A stretch of 61,671 bases of DNA from Halieaceae bacterium (lineage in GTDB: Bacteria > Pseudomonadota > Gammaproteobacteria > Pseudomonadales > Halieaceae): the NCBI GenBank assembly GCA_023253715.1, contig JALRFH010000186.1, forward strand, positions 1 to 61,671. Direction: 5' to 3'. Position 1 is the first letter of the stretch. Every line of letters begins with the position of its first letter. Made by a program: the position numbers and the translations under genes. Below, piece by piece: positions 56,542 through 61,671 of this stretch. The notes beneath the pieces were generated by a model. It saw nothing but the letters and a program-made list of their open reading frames with translations, did not search any database and was not told the origin of the DNA.

Positions 56542-57841
56542 ATGTTTGCCCGGTGGGTCCGTGGTGGGAGAGGCCCGGGTCGCGGGTGATAAATCGATTT
56601 CGCATCGCTCTATTATGTTGGGTTCCATCGCAGACGGTGTGACTGAAATTTCAGGCTTTTTAGAGGGCGAAGATGCGTTGGCGACAGTGGCCGCCTTCCG
56701 CGCGATGGGTGTGCAGATTGATGGGCCCGTTGAGGGCCGAGTGACTGTCCACGGCGTTGGTCTGCAAGGGCTCAAGTCGCCGACGGAGCCCTTGGACATG
56801 GGGAACTCAGGCACCAGCATGCGTTTGATCTCAGGTATTGTTGCGGGAGCAGGCTTGGAGGCGACGCTGACGGGTGATGTGTCTCTGTGTAAGCGCCCCA
56901 TGGGTCGTGTTATCGACCCTTTAACGCGAATGGGTGCCTCGATTAGTCATGAAGAGGGCGGTCGTCCGCCTTTAAAAATCGCGGGCAATCGGCCATTACA
57001 GGGTATTGATTACGTGCTACCCATGGCCAGTGCACAAGTAAAATCGTGTGTTTTACTGGCGGGGCTTTGGGCCGAAGGTCAAACTTCGACGATCGAACCT
57101 GCCCCGACTCGAGATCACACCGAGAGAATGCTGGCGGGCTTTGGTTATCCGCTTCATCGGGATGGGCCGAAAGTCGTATTGACTGGGAAGGGCCGCTTAC
57201 AGGCGCGATCGATTGAAGTGCCTGCCGATATTTCGTCGGCGGCTTTTTTCATGGTGGCTGCCTCCATTGCGGTGGGCTCAGATCTGCTCTTGTCCCATGT
57301 GGGCATCAATCCGACGCGCGTGGGCGTGATTAATATTCTACGTTTGATGGGGGCTGATATTCAGCTGCAGAATGAGCGTGAGGTTGGTGGCGAGCTTGTG
57401 GCAGATATACGAGTGCGCTATGCGCCGCTCAGAGGCATCGAAATACCAGAAGATCAGGTGCCTTTGGCGATCGACGAGTTTCCGGTGCTATTCATCGCAG
57501 CCGCTTGCGCACAGGGCAAAACGGTACTGCGCGGAGCTGAAGAATTACGCGTCAAAGAGAGTGATCGTATTGCGAGTATGGCTGAAGGACTGACCACCCT
57601 CGGTATCACCAATGAGGTTTTGGAAGACGGCATTATTATAGAGGGTGGGCAGTTGGGCGGTGGAACCATACAAACTCACCATGACCACCGCATTGCAATG
57701 AGTTTTGCGATTGCTGCCTTGCGGGCGTCCGACACCATTATTGTGCAAGATTGCGACCCGGTCGCAACGTCGTTTCCAAATTTTGATGCGATAGCGAGAG
57801 GCTTGGGATTACACCTTACGACTCTGGATGCAGATCATTGA
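56531..57841 (+). CDS. aroA: 3-phosphoshikimate 1-carboxyvinyltransferase (class II EPSPS-like)
   Basis: GDKSISHR, GNSGTSMRL, SAQVKS, RDHTE, NPTR, RVKESDR, DHRIAM. Confidence 0.97.
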   Translation: MEFKCLPGGSVVGEARVAGDKSISHRSIMLGSIADGVTEISGFLEGEDALATVAAFRAMGVQIDGPVEGRVTVHGVGLQGLKSPTEPLDMGNSGTSMRLISGIVAGAGLEATLTGDVSLCKRPMGRVIDPLTRMGASISHEEGGRPPLKIAGNRPLQGIDYVLPMASAQVKSCVLLAGLWAEGQTSTIEPAPTRDHTERMLAGFGYPLHRDGPKVVLTGKGRLQARSIEVPADISSAAFFMVAASIAVGSDLLLSHVGINPTRVGVINILRLMGADIQLQNEREVGGELVADIRVRYAPLRGIEIPEDQVPLAIDEFPVLFIAAACAQGKTVLRGAEELRVKESDRIASMAEGLTTLGITNEVLEDGIIIEGGQLGGGTIQTHHDHRIAMSFAIAALRASDTIIVQDCDPVATSFPNFDAIARGLGLHLTTLDADH

Positions 57842-58506
57842 TCCCAGTATTGACCATTGATGGCCCTAGCGGAGCTGGTAAGGGTACGATCGCTCGGCTG
57901 ATGGCGGAGCGCTTAGGCTGGCATTTATTGGATTCGGGTGCGTTGTACCGGCTAACGGCGTTGGCGGGAATCGATCGTTCCTTGTCTCTCGATGACGCAA
58001 GTGTCATGGCCGCTTGCGCGCGCGCCCTCGATGTGGAATTCAATATTGTTGATCATACCGTTGTGATAAGGCTTGATGGTGCCGACGTGACGACCCGAGT
58101 TCGGGGCGAGGAAGCCGGTATGGGGGCGTCGAAGGTGGCCGCGCTTCCCGCGGTTCGGGCCGCGCTCTTTGAGCGCCAGCGAGCCTTTCAAAAGGCGCCT
58201 GGCTTAGTGGCGGATGGTCGTGATATGGGGACGACGATTTTTCCCGATGCAAGCGTTAAGATTTTTTTAACGGCAAGTCCAGAAGCCAGAGCGGAAAGAC
58301 GCGCTAAACAGTTGCTTGAATTGGGCGAAAATGTTAGTCTGCCGCGCCTTTTAGAGGACATCAAGGCCCGAGATGAGCGCGACAGTGCTCGATCGGCGTC
58401 CCCGTTAAAGCCCGCCGCCGATGCAATTATGCTCGACAGTACGGCTTTATCGATAGAGGAAGTGCTTGCCATTGTTGCAAAGGCGGTGGCAGACGCAAAT
58501 AGATAG
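57838..58506 (+). CDS. cmk: Cytidylate kinase
   Basis: [25 protein letters not shown]. Confidence 0.96.
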   Translation: MIPVLTIDGPSGAGKGTIARLMAERLGWHLLDSGALYRLTALAGIDRSLSLDDASVMAACARALDVEFNIVDHTVVIRLDGADVTTRVRGEEAGMGASKVAALPAVRAALFERQRAFQKAPGLVADGRDMGTTIFPDASVKIFLTASPEARAERRAKQLLELGENVSLPRLLEDIKARDERDSARSASPLKPAADAIMLDSTALSIEEVLAIVAKAVADANR

Positions 58507-58560
58507 AACGAGTGTATTAGGGCTTTACCAGCGTCGGCCCAGTGCGCTGAACTTAACAAC

Positions 58561-58618
58561 CCGCGTGAGCTGGAGCGCGGCGAGAGTCGAAAGACTCATT
58601 ACACAACAGGTAAAAACC
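58561..58618 (+). promoter_or_regulatory. Structured rpsA leader, candidate S1 autogenous operator
   Basis: Hairpins CCGCG..CGCGG (58561-58580) and GAGTC-GAAA-GACTC (58584-58597), followed by an A/C-rich stretch with only a weak SD (CAGG). Confidence 0.45.
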
Positions 58619-60295
58619 ATGAGCGAAAATTTCGCCGAATTATTTGAAGAAAGTTTAAAAACCGTCGACATGGAACCCGGTTCGATTGTCACTGGTGTTG
58701 TTATCGACATCGACAACGAATGGGTCACGGTTCACGCTGGTCTTAAGTCCGAAGGTGTGATTCCAATGTCACAATTCGTTGACGCCAACGGCGAGTGCAC
58801 TTTATCGATTGGCGATGAAGTACAAGTTGCGCTAGAAACTGTCGAAGACGGTTTCGGTGAGACCAAATTATCACGTGAAAAGGCCAAGCGCGCAGAATCT
58901 TGGAAAGATCTTGAAGCGGCTCACGCTGGTGATGAAGTGGTTAAAGGTATTATTAACGGTAAGGTCAAAGGTGGCTTTACTGTGGACATCAACTCAATCC
59001 GCGCATTCTTGCCCGGTTCATTGGTAGATGTACGCCCTATTCGCGAGACTTTGCACTTAGAAGGCAAAGAGCTCGACTTTAAAGTGATCAAGCTAGACCA
59101 AAAACGCAACAACGTGGTGGTATCGCGTCGTGCGGTGATGGAAGCTGCCAACTCGGTAGAGCGAGAAGCTCTGCTTGAGAATCTACAAGAGGGCATGGCA
59201 GCCAAAGGTGTCGTTAAGAATTTGACCGATTACGGTGCTTTCGTTGATTTGGGCGGCGTAGATGGCTTATTGCACATTACCGATATGGCTTGGAAGCGTA
59301 TCAAGCATCCGTCAGAAATCGTTGAAGTTGGCCAAGAAATCGACGTTAAAGTATTGAAGTTCGATCGCGATCGCAATCGTGTCAGCCTTGGTCTGAAGCA
59401 ATTAGGTGAAGATCCATGGGTTGAGATCAAGAATCGTTACCCAGAAAATGCACGTTGCATGGCCACCGTGACTAACCTAACCGACTACGGCTGCTTCGCT
59501 GAGCTGGAAGAGGGCGTTGAAGGTCTGGTTCACGTAAGCGAAATGGATTGGACCAACAAAAACGTTCATCCTTCGAAGATTGTTCAATTGGGTGACCAAG
59601 TTGAAGTTATGGTTCTTGATATCGACGAAGAGCGTCGTCGTATTTCTTTGGGTATCAAACAGTGCCAGCAAAATCCTTGGGATGCTTTCGCTGCTCAATA
59701 CAACAAAGGCGATAAGATCTCTGGTGCTATTAAGTCGATTACCGATTTCGGTATCTTCATCGGTTTGGAAGGCAACATCGATGGCTTAGTACATTTGTCC
59801 GATATTAGCTGGAATGAAACCGGAGAAGAAGCGGTTCGCAACTTCAAGAAAGGCGACGAGATTGAAACAGTGATCTTATCGATTGATCCTGAGCGTGAGC
59901 GCATCTCGTTGGGTATCAAACAGCTTGAAAACGATCCCTTCTCAAACTACGTTGCTGAGAATGATCGCGGTGCCATCGTCAGCGGTACTGTTACCGAAGT
60001 TGACGCCAAAGCTGTTGTGGTCGCTTTAGCGGATGAAGTCGAAGGTATCTTGAAAGTCGCTGATATCAGCCGTGAGCGTATCGAAGACGCACGTAGCGCC
60101 TACAAAGAAGGCGATACCGTTGAAGCGAAAATCATTGCCGTTGATCGCAAAAACCGCACTATCGGTTTGTCGGTAAAAGCGAAAGACTACGAAGATGAGC
60201 AAGAAGCTGTGAAATCATTGCGCGAGCAAGATGCAGCGAGTTCTTCACCCGGTACCATTGGTGATCTGATCAAAGCTCAAATGCAAGATCAGTAA
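58619..60295 (+). CDS. rpsA: 30S ribosomal protein S1
   Basis: [12 protein letters not shown] start, six S1 repeats. Confidence 0.98.
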   Translation: MSENFAELFEESLKTVDMEPGSIVTGVVIDIDNEWVTVHAGLKSEGVIPMSQFVDANGECTLSIGDEVQVALETVEDGFGETKLSREKAKRAESWKDLEAAHAGDEVVKGIINGKVKGGFTVDINSIRAFLPGSLVDVRPIRETLHLEGKELDFKVIKLDQKRNNVVVSRRAVMEAANSVEREALLENLQEGMAAKGVVKNLTDYGAFVDLGGVDGLLHITDMAWKRIKHPSEIVEVGQEIDVKVLKFDRDRNRVSLGLKQLGEDPWVEIKNRYPENARCMATVTNLTDYGCFAELEEGVEGLVHVSEMDWTNKNVHPSKIVQLGDQVEVMVLDIDEERRRISLGIKQCQQNPWDAFAAQYNKGDKISGAIKSITDFGIFIGLEGNIDGLVHLSDISWNETGEEAVRNFKKGDEIETVILSIDPERERISLGIKQLENDPFSNYVAENDRGAIVSGTVTEVDAKAVVVALADEVEGILKVADISRERIEDARSAYKEGDTVEAKIIAVDRKNRTIGLSVKAKDYEDEQEAVKSLREQDAASSSPGTIGDLIKAQMQDQ

Positions 60296-60306
60296 GATAT
60301 ACAAAT

Positions 60307-60336
60307 AAAAAAGGCCCCAATTGGGGCCTTTTTTTT
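60307..60336 (+). terminator. Rho-independent terminator, bidirectional-type
   Basis: AAAAAAGGCCCC-AATT-GGGGCCTTTTTTTT. Confidence 0.92.
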
Positions 60337-60399
60337 GTTTTAAATTAGGGACTTGTGCTATCGTACACAGCTTAATTGGTTCAGTGAAGGCAAAGTGAC

Positions 60400-60693
60400 A
60401 TGACCAAGAGCGAACTCATCGAAGCCATTGCGGCGAAGCAGACCCAACTGTCGTTAAAAGATGTGGAATTAGCGGTTAAAAACGTGCTCGAGCATATGTC
60501 GGATGCCTTATCCGCTGGTGATCGGATTGAGATTCGAGGTTTTGGCAGTTTTTCACTGCACTATCGTGAGCCGCGTTTGGGTCGCAATCCCAAAACGGGT
60601 GATTCTGTTGATTTAAACGGAAAGTTTGTTCCGCACTTCAAGCCTGGTAAAGAACTCCGTGAGCGGGTGAATAAAGGGTTGAGCCTGTCTTGA
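60400..60693 (+). CDS. ihfB: Integration host factor beta subunit
   Basis: [38 protein letters not shown]. Confidence 0.97.
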   Translation: MTKSELIEAIAAKQTQLSLKDVELAVKNVLEHMSDALSAGDRIEIRGFGSFSLHYREPRLGRNPKTGDSVDLNGKFVPHFKPGKELRERVNKGLSLS

Positions 60694-60709
60694 TGGTGAT
60701 GAGCGCCAT

Positions 60710-60988
60710 ATGAAGATCATCAGGCGATTTCTTGCGTTTTTTCTTATTGCTGTAGCCGCTGGGGCGGCTGCCGTGTTCATTGAGGTTAACCCGGCTGATA
60801 CTCAAATTAATGGTCTAGGTCTGAATTTTTTAATCTTACCCCTCGGGGCCTGGCTTATCGTCTTCCTATTGATTGGTGTGCTTTTGGGCTGGCTCTTGTC
60901 GCTACCCTCTGTGGCTCGTATTTCATGGCGCGCTCAACGCTCGGAGCGAGCGTTAAAAAAACGGGCTGACGAGAGCGCCTCAAAGTGA
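60710..60988 (+). CDS. lapA: LapA (YciS)-like small membrane protein
   Basis: Two TMs and a basic tail, between ihfB and lapB. Confidence 0.75.
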   Translation: MKIIRRFLAFFLIAVAAGAAAVFIEVNPADTQINGLGLNFLILPLGAWLIVFLLIGVLLGWLLSLPSVARISWRAQRSERALKKRADESASK

Positions 60989-61593
60989 ATTCTGCTCCCA
61001 TATTTATTTTGATTATGGTTGCGATCGCGATTGGCTGGGTGCTGGGCAGGACCTCTGGCGGATCTCGGGTCGTACCACCTCGGTCAAGCGACTACTACAA
61101 AGGGCTTAATTACCTGTTAGATGGTCGCCCCGATGGTGCGCTCGATGAATTTATCGAGTCGTTAGAGGTCAGCTCACAGACCTTCGAGACCCATATATCG
61201 CTGGGCAACTTACTGCGTAAAAAGGGTGAAGTACAGCGCGCGATCAGAGTGCACGAAAACGTACTAGCCCACGCAGACTTACCTGCCCCTTATCAACATG
61301 AAGCACATTTAGAATTGGCGCGCGATTATATTGCCGCTGGATTGTTGGATCGAGCGGAGCACTTGTTACTTGATTTGATCGGGGAATCTGATGCCAAGGC
61401 CTTGGGGGCACGACGCTACTTGATCGAAATCTATCAGATGGAACGCGACTGGGATAAGGCCATTGCGATGGCAAGTTCGTTGCTGGCAAAGCGTTCATTT
61501 TTTGGTGGGCGAAAAAGCGATGTAGCTGGCCCCGGCGAGCAGTCGGTGAATGTGCTTTTGCCTCATTTCTACTGCGAGTTGGCTGAGGACTGT
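60985..61593 (+). CDS. lapB: Lipopolysaccharide assembly protein B, N-terminal part (no stop in window)
   Basis: Not in ORF track. Manual translation from GTG 60985: TM AIAIGWVLGR, DYYKGLNYLL, ETHISLGNLLRKKGEVQRAIRVHEN, LARDYIAAGLLDRAE, IYQMERDWDKAI, HFYCELAE. Confidence 0.93.
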
Positions 61594-61671
61594 TTGCAGC
61601 GCAAGTTGCACGACGAGATGTCCCGGAAGCGTTGGGGCGTTGTTGTGTGTCACCGTCGGTTTGGCAAGACG
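61594..61671 (+). other. Phage large-terminase-like fragment joined in frame to lapB at the window end
   Basis: Same frame continues LQRKLHDEMSRKRWGVVVCHRRFGKT: a Q motif followed by a deviant Walker A (HRRFGKT), not a TPR helix. Confidence 0.7.

Noticed and set aside
58466-58618. 51-aa N-terminal extension of S1 given by the ORF track; similar extensions on serC and tyrA
   Set aside because: The conserved N-termini begin at downstream ATGs (58619, 53430, 55642), and the extensions overlap upstream genes.
1-61671. CRISPR arrays, tRNA/rRNA genes, IS elements, REP-like repeat families
   Set aside because: Intergenic spaces are short and none showed repeat-spacer periodicity, cloverleaf motifs or recurring palindromes by eye; a covariance-model scan would be needed to exclude small RNAs.

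Overview
Mostly core chromosome of a Gammaproteobacterium. Gene order resembles Pseudomonadales/Cellvibrionales, and an OM60/NOR5-like marine lineage is my inference only. From left to right: partial nadC, ampD-ampE, then a sigma54 activator paired with a degenerate membrane Ser/Thr kinase. Next is a TPP-riboswitch-controlled thiamine uptake operon (TonB receptor, YkoF-like protein, PnuC/PnuT, ThiK-like kinase) that runs into panE, then beta-carbonic anhydrase. A gspC-N type II secretion operon follows, preceded by a Pho-box-like repeat and followed by aminopeptidase P and two Na+/amino-acid symporters. The middle holds cls, an RND pump plus MFP with no outer-membrane factor, and a VWA / membrane J-domain / small ORF / htpX / Deg-protease run. 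After these come msrA, rsmE-rimO-DUF2244-rluA-pdxJ-ppiA-SH3-yciI-yciB, PHP-yciO-scpA-scpB-rluB and yciK-HAD phosphatase-ubiG-mtaD. The window closes with gyrA-serC-pheA-tyrA-aroA-cmk-rpsA-ihfB-lapA-lapB. The last ~78 nt switch in frame from LapB to a peptide resembling a phage large terminase Walker A region, most likely a chimeric junction. I saw no tRNA, rRNA, CRISPR array, IS or integrase. The best candidates for undescribed systems are the sigma54 activator/pseudokinase pair and the VWA + Pam18-like J-protein module. All calls are from motif recognition and synteny; no database searches were run.
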